This document shows positions 24,295 through 37,500 of a stretch of 64,000 bases of DNA, piece after piece. This DNA comes from Amphiscolops sp. MND2022 (Eukaryota). Numbering within the stretch: position 1 is the first letter of the stretch; each line of letters opens with the position of its first letter. The DNA lies in the NCBI GenBank assembly GCA_964187785.1, contig OZ076409.1, forward strand, positions 77,006,001-77,070,000, written 5' to 3'. The notes under the pieces are model-generated. The model saw only the letters and a list, made by a program, of their open reading frames with translations, ran no database searches and was not told where the DNA came from. The translations under genes were made by a program, and so were the position numbers.

Positions 24295-27200
24295 CTGTAA
24301 TTTTTCTCAGATCATCAAATCAAACAATTTAAAAAATAGTTCATCTCACTTGAAAATTAAAGATATCCGTAACTTTTAGTACTGAAAAACTGAAACGTTT
24401 GAGATTTTGATCATGGAGTATAAAATGTATGGATAATTTACTTCAAATATATGAGTGAAATATCTTGAGAGGTGAAAATACTTGCGTGTCGAACTGAGGT
24501 ATTTAGGATGAGACAAAAAAACCTCGACAATTTTTTTGCACAAAAGCCAAAAACATTGAAGTTCGCAATCGGAAAAAAATTATAAGTATAGTTTTTATAG
24601 ATTGCTTCGGCAAAAAATTAAAGAACAAAAATCTTTCGAATTTCGATAAGATTTACAACGGCATTTTCCGTTTTGAGATCAAAGAAAAGTTAAATAACAG
24701 CATGTTTGTAGATTATGTCATATTTCGAAATTATCATGCAGTTTCTAGTAAATCGCTTGTCGTAACTAAAAATTCCGGAAACAACTTTTGTAGCCAATAT
24801 TCTTTTCAACGCACCGCTTTTTCTGGAAACCATCTCATCTATAATGCTCATGAGCCAAAGGAACATGGAGTAATATCATTTTGTGCACAAAATGATATTA
24901 CTCCATGTCTGTTTTGACAATCAACGCAGTTTTTGACTGAGATTTTAATATCAGAATCAAGGCTACAAAATGTGTTCTTTTCTACGATCAGTGTTTTCGA
25001 GATGATGTATGATAAAGTTCAGCAAGCCGGGAACGGCATAAATCGGCGCCCTACTTAAGATTCAAAAATAGCAAAAGGACTTCAAAGCGTCAAGTATTAA
25101 TACTTCTTAGCGCGTCAATTTGGTTCCCCTTTGAGTTTTTCAGGTACTGTGGAAAAGAATTCTTTTCCACAGTACCTGAAAAACTCAAAGGGGAACCAAA
25201 TTGATGCGCTAAGAAGGGGGATCCTTTGTGATTTTTAACATCAATTCTGTTGCAAAATACCAGAAAAATGAAGTTGAGACACTTTAGAGGCATTAAAAAA
25301 TTTTCGAAAAAAGTCTGATAGTGCCGAAAAAATTTCAAAGGGGGACCCTTTAGTCTCGTCGGATTTTGTATGTTTTGCTAAAAAAAGAACAACTTCTATA
25401 GTTCAGTTCCCTGCGTGTGGTAGGTGCTAGACAACTAACATTACATAACCTAAAGCTAATGTGAGAAAAACAATAGTGTGAAATACTTTATTACGTAACA
25501 TATTAACAACCTGCCAAATTATGCCAAAGTGGCAAAATAACATCTATTGCCATAAATTGAAATACCGTCGAATTTACAGTTGCTATCATATTCTTCTTTA
25601 CTTCCACTCCTGAGTCGTAGTCGTTAACATGGCGCTGCGAGCAGCTGATGATGATCAATCAAATGCCCCAGTCCCTGGACTGAGTTATTTCTGGCAAGAT
25701 GCCGAAAAATCCCCTTCGTACAACTGGGACCAATGGCTGCAACTATTCGAGGTAGCAGTGTTGGCCCGTCACTCAATTTCCGTCTCCGAATTGACAAGAA
25801 ATGCAGAACAGCAACCCCGGGCCCAAGCACTGATGGGAAACATGGAGGAAGCCCCTGCAGCAAGAAAAGTAATTAGTATACTGTACATATCATTGGGAAA
25901 AACGGGCAGAAAAATGCTAATGGACAAGTTCCCCCAGATCAATATCCTACTGATCCAACTACAACAATTTCTCCAATATTGTAACGAGTGTTTCCAAATA
26001 CGTCGAAACAGAACGATGGACAGACATACCTTCTTGTCGCGAAAACAGAAGCCATCGGAATCACTACACCAGTACTGGAACGTCCTCAATGGATTAGCAG
26101 CCAAATGTGATTTTGGTAATCAAACAGAAGGTTTGGTGTACGACGTGTTTGTTCTGAATATGGCGAATAAGCAGGTGCAGGAAAAGCTGTGCACGGAGCC
26201 CAAAGAGACCCCGGCAGAGGCACTACAATTCGCCATTGCATTTGAAGACGGATTGAAAAGACAGAGAACATACGGCTACAATGGAAATGAGACGAAAATC
26301 AAAGAAGAACCAGTTTGTGCAATAAGTGGTAACCGACAGAATACAAAAGAATGTTGAAGAAGCGGTGCCGGTAATTTTACAATGGACCATTTAAAAGTCT
26401 GCAAAGGACCAAATGCGACATGTAATTACTGCAGCAGAAAAGGCAACTTGGAGAAAGTTTGTAATCAAAAGAAAAAGGATATTTTACAGCAAAGTGGTAG
26501 ATTCAGAGCAAGTGGCAGTAGTGAGCAAATAAACCGCCGCGTCCGATTGGTCGATCAGGAAGAAGAGGAGGACGATAATTTCTTGGTTTTGAACGTAGAT
26601 GGCCAAAATGAAAACATTAAACCGTATTATATGGAAGGGTTTATTAATGGGAATCGCTTCAAAACAATGATCGACTCAGGGTCGCCAGTAACCAATTTCG
26701 CGCTAGATGAGATTAAACAGATCATGCAAAGAGAAAAATTACAAGTGCGCCAGATGATTAAAAGCGAGTGGTACATGGATTTCAACGGGAAGCCGTTGAA
26801 TTTGCTGGGATACGTTTTCTGTGAATTACAAGTGGGGGATCAATATAATAAAAAGGCGAGAATCCTAGTCACAAAGAGTGGTACAAAATCGATCATCGGC
26901 AGAGATTGGTTGTCAACGTTGAAATATACAATTGCCCCAGCTAACAAAGGTGAGTGTGAAGTTAATTCAAATGAAAAAGAAGAAGAACTAAGTACGGAAA
27001 CCAAGCAATTTTGTAACGAATTTCCAAAACTGTTCAAAAGAAACGGGAAGATAAAAGATCACGAAATCAAAATAAAGCTAAAACCGGATGCAAAAATTAC
27101 GCAACAAAAAGGGAGAATAATCCCAATTCAACTACAAAACGCGGTAGATGCGGAAATAAAACGATTACTAAAAGAAGGCCATATAGAAAAAATTAACGAA

Positions 27201-27846
27201 ATCAAGGACGACGTATTTATACAGCCAACAGTAATAACAGTGAAGAAAGACCGTTTGGTAAAAATCGCGTTGGATGCAAGAGCGCTAAATCAAGCCATTG
27301 ATAAAGATAAATACCAAATGCCGAACCTTGATAACTTGTTAGACATGGTAGCTGAAAAGCTAGATAATGAAAAAGGTGAGGCATGGGATTCATCGGTTGA
27401 TATGACATACGCATACGGTCAAATTCCACTACATTTGCTAACAGCGAAACACTGTAATTTTCAAATTATCGGCGGAGAATCAACGGGGACGTATCGGTTT
27501 GTAACAGGTTTTTATGGTCTGACGGTTATGCCGACAGAATTTCAAAAAGTTTGTTATTAGCAAAATTTAGAGAAGTGTTTGTCTTTATCGATGATATTTT
27601 AATTGTAACCAAGGGAAACAAAGCTGAACATTTGAACAAAGTGCGGGAAATTCTAAAAGTGCTAGATGAAGCAGAACTACAATTAAAGGCGGGAAAATGC
27701 AAAATTGCTAAACAAGAAATCGAGTGGTTAGGGTTCAAGTTGACAAGTTCAGGCATTTCGCCAATAAATTCGAAAGTACAAGGAATTACAGAAAAACTCA
27801 GACCAACGAATTTGAAAGAACTACGATCGTTCTTAGGCGCAGTGAA

Positions 27847-28287
27847 TCAATTCAATAGATTTGTCCCAGATTTGGCTACAATTTGCTTTCTGTTACGACA
27901 TGCCAACGAGTCGTTTTGAGTTGAACTTATTCTCACTGACTTTGTAGGGGTATAAAAGTTTCTTGTTTCCTCTTCTACTTCTTCCTCGGTATTCTCCCTA
28001 ATGATTCCCCTTGTTTCAGGTTTCAGGAGTTTCAACATCTCCTTCTGAGATTCGACAAGAAGATTCTTAATTTCTGATGTTATTTCCTCTTTCAAGGAAG
28101 CCCTTAAACTTTCTAGGAGGCTGTTTTCAATCCGGGGGGATTTTGAGTTAGAAGGCCCCGCTACCTCATCGTCCTGGTTTAAGGAACAAGGATTTCCTAC
28201 TACTATGGGTGAAATCAAGCCTTCACTTACGTTCTCATTGGTGCTTTGCTGATCATTCCTTCTTTTCTGGCTTCTTGTTGTTGACAT
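27847..28287 (-). CDS. LTR-encoded Gag-N-terminus-like ORF in solo LTR C
   Basis: MSTTRSQKRR basic start and coiled-coil segment; 132 codons + 1 nt to the LTR end, the same phase as the other families. Confidence 0.7.
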   Translation of the reverse strand: MSTTRSQKRRNDQQSTNENVSEGLISPIVVGNPCSLNQDDEVAGPSNSKSPRIENSLLESLRASLKEEITSEIKNLLVESQKEMLKLLKPETRGIIRENTEEEVEEETRNFYTPTKSVRISSTQNDSLACRNRKQIVAKSGTNLLN

Positions 28288-30375
28288 TTTTGTAGAAACG
28301 TTTGATCTTGAAGAATTGATTTCTTTCAAATATATTTTCTAACAAAGTAGAACAAGGCAAGAGTTTGATGAAATTGAAAATTCAACTGAATTGTCCATTA
28401 CAAAAGACTGAGTCCCTCAGTTAGCTAAAATCATCGTATATATACCCTCTTAGCATCATTTGATCACGAGTTAAATCCTAATTTCCTCCGAATAATTAGT
28501 CGTTTCCTGTAATTTCGGTGCAAAAATCATATTGTTCCCAATTTTGCGTCGACATTCCGTCAAATTTTGAGACACGGCAAATCTAATCTAGTATTAGTCA
28601 TCAACCATAATCATATTATTTCAGCTCGGCGTCCTTTTGTTTCCTCCCAAGCAGAAAGTAGATATTACTTCAGTCTGTCAAACCGGAAATATTTCCCTGT
28701 TTTGCTGCTTTGGTTCGTAAGAAACTGACGCTGAGGTGACGCCGGCATGAACAACTAATATCTGAATTTTGATATTTCGCTCGAGAAAAATGCTATGACT
28801 AATGTTTTCAGCCCTGTAATTTCCAATGATGATAAGAAGGAAAGAGAAACAAGATTAAAGAAATAGCAACAATCTCAAATTAATTTCAAATTAAATGGTT
28901 AATGATTATCAAAATAAACCAACGACACATTGACGCTTGATGGATTGATGGACTAGATTGTCTAATTCAGACTTCTGCCCCAATTTAATGATATTTCAAA
29001 CACAAATGTTGTCTAATATTACTTTAGCATTCATTTAACGAATATACACAACACTCTGTCAACAGGTTTTAACTTGCACATAAAATATTATTTCGAACAA
29101 AACGTTTGACGACGTGAGAGCGGCACTTTGTGGGTTTCCTGAACAAGCAAGAGTTCAAAACCTTCTATCATCAGATCTTAATCATTACAAAATGTACAAT
29201 AGCAACACAAACATTTATTCTGAATTTATGCACATTGGGGTTAAAGCAATGACTATCCTGATTAGGGGACGACGACGTACCGGTGTCCAATTTAACACAA
29301 CAAGGTTATAGCACACGCTTTATGTAGTACAAAACACAAACATATGGAAATACGTTTCCATTACGAAAATACTATCGATTTACTTTCGTCATGCTCATAA
29401 ACTGTTACTTTCACCTATATTATACAGGAATTTCCATTTCAACTTAAGTTTTAGAGCAGAATTAACCCGGCAAAGGAAATGTTTGACGGAAACGTGGCGT
29501 AGGACCTCAAATTCCTCACTAATTGTCTTGTTAAATCACCATGCACTTTAAACGTATTCCTAGTACTAATTAGTTTGATTGATATTCATCATAACTTTTG
29601 GGTGGATTAAAATAGCTTGTTTTGATGGAATTTGGACGTACCGTGGACGTACGTATTAGTATTAGGCCTGGTCCAGAATAGTGGACGCAACGTGGACGCA
29701 AATTTGAAGTAAGAATTAGTCCGCACCGAGAAGACAACACCGTGACGTCACTATGGCGGAAAATTGGAATGATTTTAAGTAGTGTCACTAATATAGGCGG
29801 TAAATTGGAATGTTTCTCTAGTGTGCGCGGACGGAACGGTGACGTCACACTATATACTTTCAAGTCTGCTTCTTACCGACATCTAATATACATGTATTCT
29901 TTATTTTGTTTACTTAGCGCAGTGCCGACGTCCTAATCCATACTAATTGCCGTTCAAAGTGCAATTAAGTTGCCTTTCTTAGAAAAGGAGTGGATATCTC
30001 GGTGTGTCATCTTGACGTAGTTTCTATTTTAGATTCAGATAATGTCCTTTTTCCAATGGTAATTTTGGGTATGTTTTCATTTAGATCGGTCTATGGTCTT
30101 TATTTCACGACGTGTTTTAATTTAGTTTTCAGGTGGCGAATGTTTCTATTTTGGCGCACTAAGGGCGTCCTACCGGATATGTGTGAAATCATCTTATTTC
30201 AAATTTAGTTTCTGTTCTCATTTTTGTTTAAACTTTTCGTAAGTTGGGCGTTCGTTTTCGTATTCTTAGTCACAGTTTATTCCAAAGATAAGGTTTTAAA
30301 TTTCCAGTTAAAATAAGATTTGGGGAATCTTCAGTCGTCTGCAACCACAAGCCAGACCGGGAGCGGGCTGTGACA
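27891..30375 (-). mobile_element. Solo LTR C (2485 bp) of another long-LTR gypsy family
   Basis: TG...CA ends, TSD CTTTC (27886-27890, 30376-30380), interrupts the element E RT. Confidence 0.9.
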
Positions 30376-31057
30376 CTTTCCATTTCGTTCAATTTTAAAA
30401 AAGGAAGCCAATTGGGAACGGAATGAAGAACATGAAAAAGCATTCAGAAGAGTCAACAAAGAAGTGAAAAAAGTCGCGGAATTAACGCATTTTAAAAGAA
30501 ACAAAGAGCCGGGCCAAGCGGTTCATAGCTCTGGAACGTTCCTGTTGAAAAAAGGCAATTTCAGGATTTCAATAAAAAAAGAAGCGTTAGTATTAAATGT
30601 AATGAAAATTTATCTTTCATTTACTCACATCAGATGCGGGATTGTTAAGTGGTTAGAGCAGTCTATAGGATCTCAAAAACTGATAGAATGTCAGCTTCAT
30701 CTGGGCTCAGTGAAATACGAATGAAAACAAATTCAAAGAAAGTATCAAGTAAAACATTAGAAAAACTAAAACGTTTTTTTTTCAACCGCCAAAAAGCCTG
30801 CCAATATCACAATTCGGAGACCGGTGCTTTTTTCACACAAGGCTGAAAAACCTAAAGGGCGACCCTTTTGTATCGTCTAGCTTTGTAAACAACATGAAAA
30901 CAATTCAGTCGAATTCACGAAGTCCTGCTTGCAAGGCATGCACCTTAACTACAAGATCAAGTGGCGAGAGAAGTGGCGTAAACAATGTCTCAATGAGAAA
31001 AACACCGTTACTGTAATAGTCAGGCACAATTTGTTTAATGCGCCGACAAAGAGTTGG

Positions 31058-33312
31058 TGTCATGCCAGCATGATGGAAATATAATCTACTAAATATCTGT
31101 AATGTGAATATTATGTCTTATGTACTTAGATATGGGCAATATGATGTCATATAATAAGAACCATGGTTGTGAGCAACCCTACGTTACTTATACTTAGTCC
31201 CCATTCCCCCATGAGTTTGAGTTATATATATTTACTTAATACTGAGCGCTCTAGTTCCGGTGTCCGCATAAATGATCTCGCCAAATAGTCTCGAATGTGC
31301 TATAATTCATAAATATTGGTTTGTCACGACAAGGGAGAGAAGTGTTCCGGTCAAACTGGACCGAGAGATGTAGAAACGATGAAAGCTGTAACTTCTACTA
31401 GCTCCCCGCCTCAGGACTTGTAGTCGTGACAACACTTTCATGAAGTTCATGGCTAGTCCATCAGCGGACTTAACGATGAACCCGAATTGATTGATAAATT
31501 CATTAGATCCATCAGCGGATTTAATTTGGAGCTATTTTGAATGAAGTTCATCGCAATTTCATCTCCAGAATTGCATATGAACAACAATTGGGACGTTAAA
31601 CAGACTTTACATCACTAATCCATCAGCGGATTTTATGTGACCTTATTTTAGTAATTTCATCTTAAATTCATCGTTGTATTTCATGTACAGAAATTTCAAT
31701 GTGCTTCTCATTTCTTAAAGGACAGTAACCCATCCTTTATTCATCGTATTCACTAGCGTAGAAGGGAAATAGGGAAATGAGAAAGTACATCCTTAATCCA
31801 TCCTAAAAAAGAGTGAAAGTGCTGGTTATCTGATTTGCTTATAAAACCCATCCTTAATTCATCTTGATTTCGTTTGTGCTGAAAATTAACCATTTTAGTG
31901 GATGAGTTCATCCTAAACTCATCGCTAAATTGAATTGCCTTAGTATTCGGTGTTTTAACTGGTGAGTTCATCCTAAACTCATCGCCAATTTGTATTGTTT
32001 TGGTATTTGCTGTTTTAACTGACAAGTTCATCTTAAACCCATCGCCAAAAATTCACTTGTGCTAGAATTAGCGTTTATCGACTGAATTCATCCCGAATTA
32101 ATCGTCATTTTAATCTGTGCTGGAAATTGGCAAATTATACGTGGAGTTCATCCTTTTATCATCGTCAGCTTAAATTGTGTTGATTTTCGAGCGAGAAAGA
32201 CCACCATTCATCGCATTTTCATCCAGAGCTAAACTAGACTTGAAAATCAACAAATATTCTTACAAGTTCATCGCATTTCCATCTTCAATTTTTAAATCAT
32301 TGGTTTTGGCGCTAGAATCAGCGGAAAACATCGTTTTCCCATCCCGAATTGCGCTTTATCTTAAATTGACTTGAAATTAGTGCGTTTTTGAATGATTTGA
32401 GCTCATTTTAGTTGCTATAGAAACCATGATGCTGCGTGCAGGCAATTGCGACATTGTAAATTGATGACTAAACACCATTAACATATGTAGATGTACCGTG
32501 ATGCGTGGCCACTTTGCGGCAGTTCACAACACCGGTCACGTGACTTACCATTTTAACACCAGCTGGTAACAGCCAATGAGAGAAGGTTGGTAAGAGATTT
32601 AGCGTCTTACCAACCGAAAAGACACGTGAACTGCTGTAATTTGGACCGCCATTAGCGATTACTCAGACCGAATTGCGACAAGTTACCATCCAGTTGAATA
32701 GTTCACGCCAGAATTCTACTTGAAAATATATCCCCATTTCATCTTCAAAACTATAGAACTGAAACTGAGTAATTTCCTTGGTGCATTTATGATTGCGATG
32801 AAAACTGGATGAACTTTCCTAGCTACCTTACTAATTTCCTTGTTCTCACCTAACGATTTACTTGATTGTACGACTTCATCTCTAAAACACCTCAGTTCAG
32901 ATTAGTGAATTTGGGATCGAATAAATACTTGAATCAGTAAAATACTTCGAACAGCATCTCAGATAATCCAGTCTTCACTCATATTTCTTTTCTCTCAGCT
33001 ACATGAACCCAGACCAAGGTACCGAACTTAGAAGTGGTAGGGTTATAAATTCTTCGTCAGAAACATCTTCTCCAGCAGATCCAGACATGGCTCAGGCAAA
33101 CTCAAATGATTCTGACACCAACGACAATTCGGATATCTCTTCTCAGTTATCTGAAATAAAGGAAATTTATGAACGCCGAATTAATGAGTTACACCAGGAG
33201 TTTAGTCAACTGAAGGACCTAATGATGGCGATTGTAAGCAAGAATAATAACGAATCTCAGCCTTCTAGCTCAAAAGGTCCTTCAAAGCCGACCCAACAGC
33301 AAGGGTTCGACA
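31058..33312 (+). repeat. 5' LTR of element B (2255 bp)
   Basis: TGTCATG...TCGACA, repeated at 47944-51994. Confidence 0.95.
31549..32343. repeat. Array of 14 CATC-N7-CATC sites; nine at exact 60-bp period
   Basis: Sites start at 31549, 31610, 31658, 31731, 31788, then every 60 bp from 31849 to 32329 (32089 has one mismatch). Confidence 0.92.
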
Positions 33313-34513
33313 TGGTGACAGGAGTTACAGAAACCCGCTCCACCCGCCCGACATCAAGCTTCACAAACTTCAGACGATACCAAGAATATGACTCAGACGA
33401 AGAAGGCGATTCAACTCCCAGAAGCAACGAAGAACGGCTGTTAAACGCCATCGAGACGATCCCGCAACGCATAAAGAGCACTACAACAAATACGAAACTA
33501 CTGCAGTCACACGTACCAAATTTCAGAGGACAGAAAGACAAATTCGTCGAATTTGAACACCTTCTCCTCAACCACCTCAGCCCGTTAGCCAATAAAATAA
33601 CTGAGGAGAACAAGCTTCATTTCTTTCAAAGCCTTTTGAGAGACGAAGCAATCGAGTATTGGCAATCGATCCAAATAACACCACTGACAACGCTGAAAGA
33701 TGTGCTCGATCTCTTCAGAAAAGAATTCGCGAAAGAGGACCTCAAAGAGGTAGCGCGCTACAAATGGGACCAAGCCCGTTACGATCCCACAACGGAGACA
33801 TTCAGCGACTTCCTCAAAAACTTGAAAAAGACGGCGAAACAAGCATTTGGGGATGACGCAGATAAAATCATCAAAATGTTCTTGTTCGGCAAACTTCCAG
33901 TCGAAATACAACAAGAACTTACAATGGCTAACAAGGAGGAGAGCTCACCGGAAGAAATCAAGACATACTTGATGAGGAAATACCAATACCAACAGTATGC
34001 AGCACCGCCCACGACAATTCAACCATTCAACGCAGTCACCTCCTCTATTCCGACGAACAATGAAACAATGAAACCAAACCAACAAGGACGACGACAACAC
34101 AACCAACGGAAAAAAAACGATTCGAAGGACAATGCTTCTACTGCGGAAAGACAGGTCACCGCAAAACGGAATGTCGCGCCCGACAACGTGACGAAGCAAA
34201 CGGCATTAAGAAAGAAGATGCAATTCCGATGAAGAAAGCAACCGACCCAGACAAACCGAAGTACAATCCCAAGCTGGTTTGTCAGATTTGTGGATACACC
34301 GGCCACTCTGCAAGAGACTGCAGACGACGCATTCCCAAGGAAAGCAGCTCTGCATATGGAAAGATTCCATACACAACGAATTCACAGGACGACAACAAGG
34401 CTAGACGACAAGATTTAAAACGACAGCAAAAGCCGATGAATCCAATGCAAGCAATTACTGAAGACGACGAACAAATAAGCTACTCTGATGAAGACATTAA
34501 TCAGGGTTTTTGA
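33003..34513 (+). pseudogene. gag: gag of element B (frameshift near 34085)
   Basis: Gag core PNFRGQKDKFVEFEHL, knuckle CQICGYTGHSARDC; slippery G GGT TTT (34504-34510) before TGA, with pol in the -1 frame. Confidence 0.9.
33313..33324 (+). other. Primer binding site TGGTGACAGGAG
   Basis: Directly after the LTR-terminal CA. Confidence 0.85.
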
Positions 34514-37500
34514 TTCAGCCACGATTTCCGCCCGCTAGAAATACAACGCGCGACACACGACTTTCGACTCAACCGACTACACACAACCGTCCAATGAAGA
34601 AATGGCAGCCTTCACTGGACAAACGACCAAAAGCTGACGATGTCTATCAGCGAAGACTTTCCAACGATGAAAAAGCGATGGGAAATGCACGTCAACGCAA
34701 CGGCAGCCGCTTTTCTCCACTCGCTGAAATCAACGATGAACAAACGATGAACTGGCAACAAAACACCATGAGGCAGGTGGACGATGCCAAAGAGATGGAC
34801 ACCAACCATCTAGACGACGACTCGACTTCACACTCAACAATCGACAAACGGCTTAGTATTAAAAACATGCAAAACAAAGTAGTATTAACATTTCAAAAGC
34901 TAACAAACATGCAACTAAAACAGAAATTCACGTTCTTAGTCCCACTTTACATTTAAACAAGAAAGATAAAATGCTGTACGTCCCTCTTCAGTTTGATAAA
35001 TACGAAAATCATGCACTGTTAGACACAGGCGCAATTCAATGCGCAATGCCTGAAGCAGAATTGCGAAAAATAACAACGGCTCATCCAGAAGCCATCCTTC
35101 AAGAACTCCCCCCTCCGAATTTCAAAATTCAAATAGCAAACGGGAACTTAGTCCCAGTGCGTAAGCAAGTCTTACTTAGATTTTACGTTGCTGGAAAAGT
35201 CTTTGAAGAAACGTTCCTAATCCTTCCAACAATGGGCACAATTTTAATTGGAATGTCATTCTTTGAAAAGTACTCGGTCAACTTGGACATAAAAAACCAC
35301 CTTGTCCACTTCCCCAATCACATGATGTCCATGCAAGTTAGACAGCAAAAGAACAACAGATTCAAAACCGGTTTATTTGATTTGTGTTCCAGTACTAGAA
35401 CAGTGATCCCTCCTCTCCATCAAGTGATGATACAGGTCCACAGTGACGCGGACATCTCACTTACAACTGGTACAGTTGAGGGCTCACCTGGATTCATGCG
35501 AAAGACGTGTTTGCTTGTTTCCCCAGCTTTGGTTGACCTAGATGAGGGCAAGACGACAATCCAGGTCACCAACCCGAACAACCACACGTTCACACTTGAT
35601 GCCAACACCACTCTGGCACACTTTCGCATACCGACACCACATCAGGCGGCAAACATCACACCCATGCCAGTCGAACACTTGAACCTGATCACCAAGTACC
35701 CAGATGAGGCGGAAGCGGTGATCAACCAACTGTTCGTGAACCCTGAAATGAAGTCAACTAAGTGGTACCCAACTCCCGAGACGTGCAGTGAGCCAAACAA
35801 ACTCAACGCAATTGAGCGACGAATCTATGATGAGATTCTGGCACTGCGAGAGCTCGAGAAGCTTGACCCGTCCCAATCCGATGAACAACGGATGAACTTC
35901 CTGAAGAACTTCAACTGGGACGACTCGCTTCTTACTCCGTCTCAACGGTTACAGGTAGAGGAGTTGCTGGTAAAGTACAACTCCATTTTTGCTAGACATC
36001 GTTTTGATATTGATATGAACACTGATTTTAAAGTTAAGTTAACACCCCAACATGAAGAACCTGTTTATTCACAAAGTCTCCCTACTCCGACAAATTTGAA
36101 GGACGATTTGCTCGTGGAGTTAGCCTTATTGCAAGAGTACGGGATTATAACTACCTTGCCTCACAGCAAATACTCTTCTCCGATATTTGCTCAACGTAAA
36201 CCTAATGGTAAATTGAGGGTTTTAGTTGACTTGAGAAGAATAAACCATCTCATCAAAAACGATTACGGTGCGCACAACCATCCCGTAACAACAATTGCTG
36301 ACGCTGCACAACACATGGCCGGGAAAAAGTACTTCTGTAAACTTGATTGTTCCCAGGCCTACCATTGCATTCCAATGGCCGATGAGCAGTCTGTCCAACT
36401 GTTATCGTTTAATTTTGGTTCTAGAACTTTTGCCTTTTTACGTCTAGCACAGGGTCTTAATCGTTCTTTGTCAGCATTCACAAGTGTAGTCCGTGAGTAT
36501 TTGGACCCCTTGGTCGAAGCGGACCGATGTGCTCAATATGTTGATGACATTGGAATTGCAGCACACACCCCTGACGAACTGATTAATAACCTTGAACTTG
36601 TTTTTCAGCAGTTGAACAAAGCTGGTCTCAAACTTAGCATGAGTAAATGTGAATTTGGACAAAAACAAATTGAGTACTTGGGAAAAACCATTTCTAGCAC
36701 CGGTATTGCTCCCATTGAAAAACGCGTAACAGATTACTTAACCAAGTTGAAAACCCCCAATTCAGTGAAAGCGTTGCAACGTTATCTTGGTTTTGTAAAC
36801 TTTTACAGGTCTTATATTCCCCGTTTAGCTGATAAAACTTGTTGTTTACAGGAATTGATCAAGAAGGACGTCCCTTTCAAGCTGAGCCAACAACATAAAG
36901 ATGCTATTTTTGAAATCAATGAAAGTTTGTGTAAAAGCAACAAAAGTGTCTCTGAAATTGCCATTACCTGATAAACAATTGGTAATCATGTGTGACGCCA
37001 GCGAACACGCTGCCGGCTATGTTTTGTTAATTGAGGATTATGCTGACCCGTCAGTCAAACAAACATACGCCCCTGTTGCATTTGGCTCTAAGAAATTTCA
37101 GGGCGGCCAGATGTCCCTAACAATGTATGCCAAAGAGTTTTTAGCTATGCACTTTGCCTTCGATGAATTTGGCCACATTTTGTGGGGTGCGAAAAAACCC
37201 ATCATTGTTATGACTGACAATAAGGCCTTGACTAGATTTTTTCAGGCGAAGCATATCCCGCCCTCACTTTGGAATTTTTGCGATCAAACCCTCCAGTTCA
37301 ATTTTTTATTAGCACATGTACCAGGAGTTGAAAATCCCGCAGCGGATTACTTATCTCGTCTTGAGATTAGACCTGAAGACCGTGTACATTTAAAATTGAC
37401 TGATACTATTCCAATTCACAGAATCGAGATCGACATCGCCTCCCGAACACCAAAAGAGGAGGAAGACGAGCCTGATTACTTTCCCACGAGCGAACCACTC

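Larger units (their letters stand above)
25416..30504 (+). mobile_element. Element E: decayed, 3'-truncated short-LTR gypsy element interrupted by solo LTR C
   Basis: Putative ~210-bp LTR ending TAACA (25629, start uncertain), PBS TGGCGCTGCGAGCAG (tRNA-Ser-like), single-frame gag-pol. Confidence 0.8.
25629..30504 (+). pseudogene. gag-pol of element E
   Basis: Gag, knuckle CNYCSRKGNLEKVC, protease IDSGS, RT FIDD; premature stop at 26355 and frameshift near 27550. Pol reads ...ATICF, then resumes PFRSILKKE at 30381. Confidence 0.88.

Noticed and set aside
31549..32343. CRISPR-like repeat-spacer appearance of the 60-bp array
   Set aside because: The conserved part is only two 4-mers, the spacers are partly related, there are no cas genes, and the context is a eukaryotic LTR.
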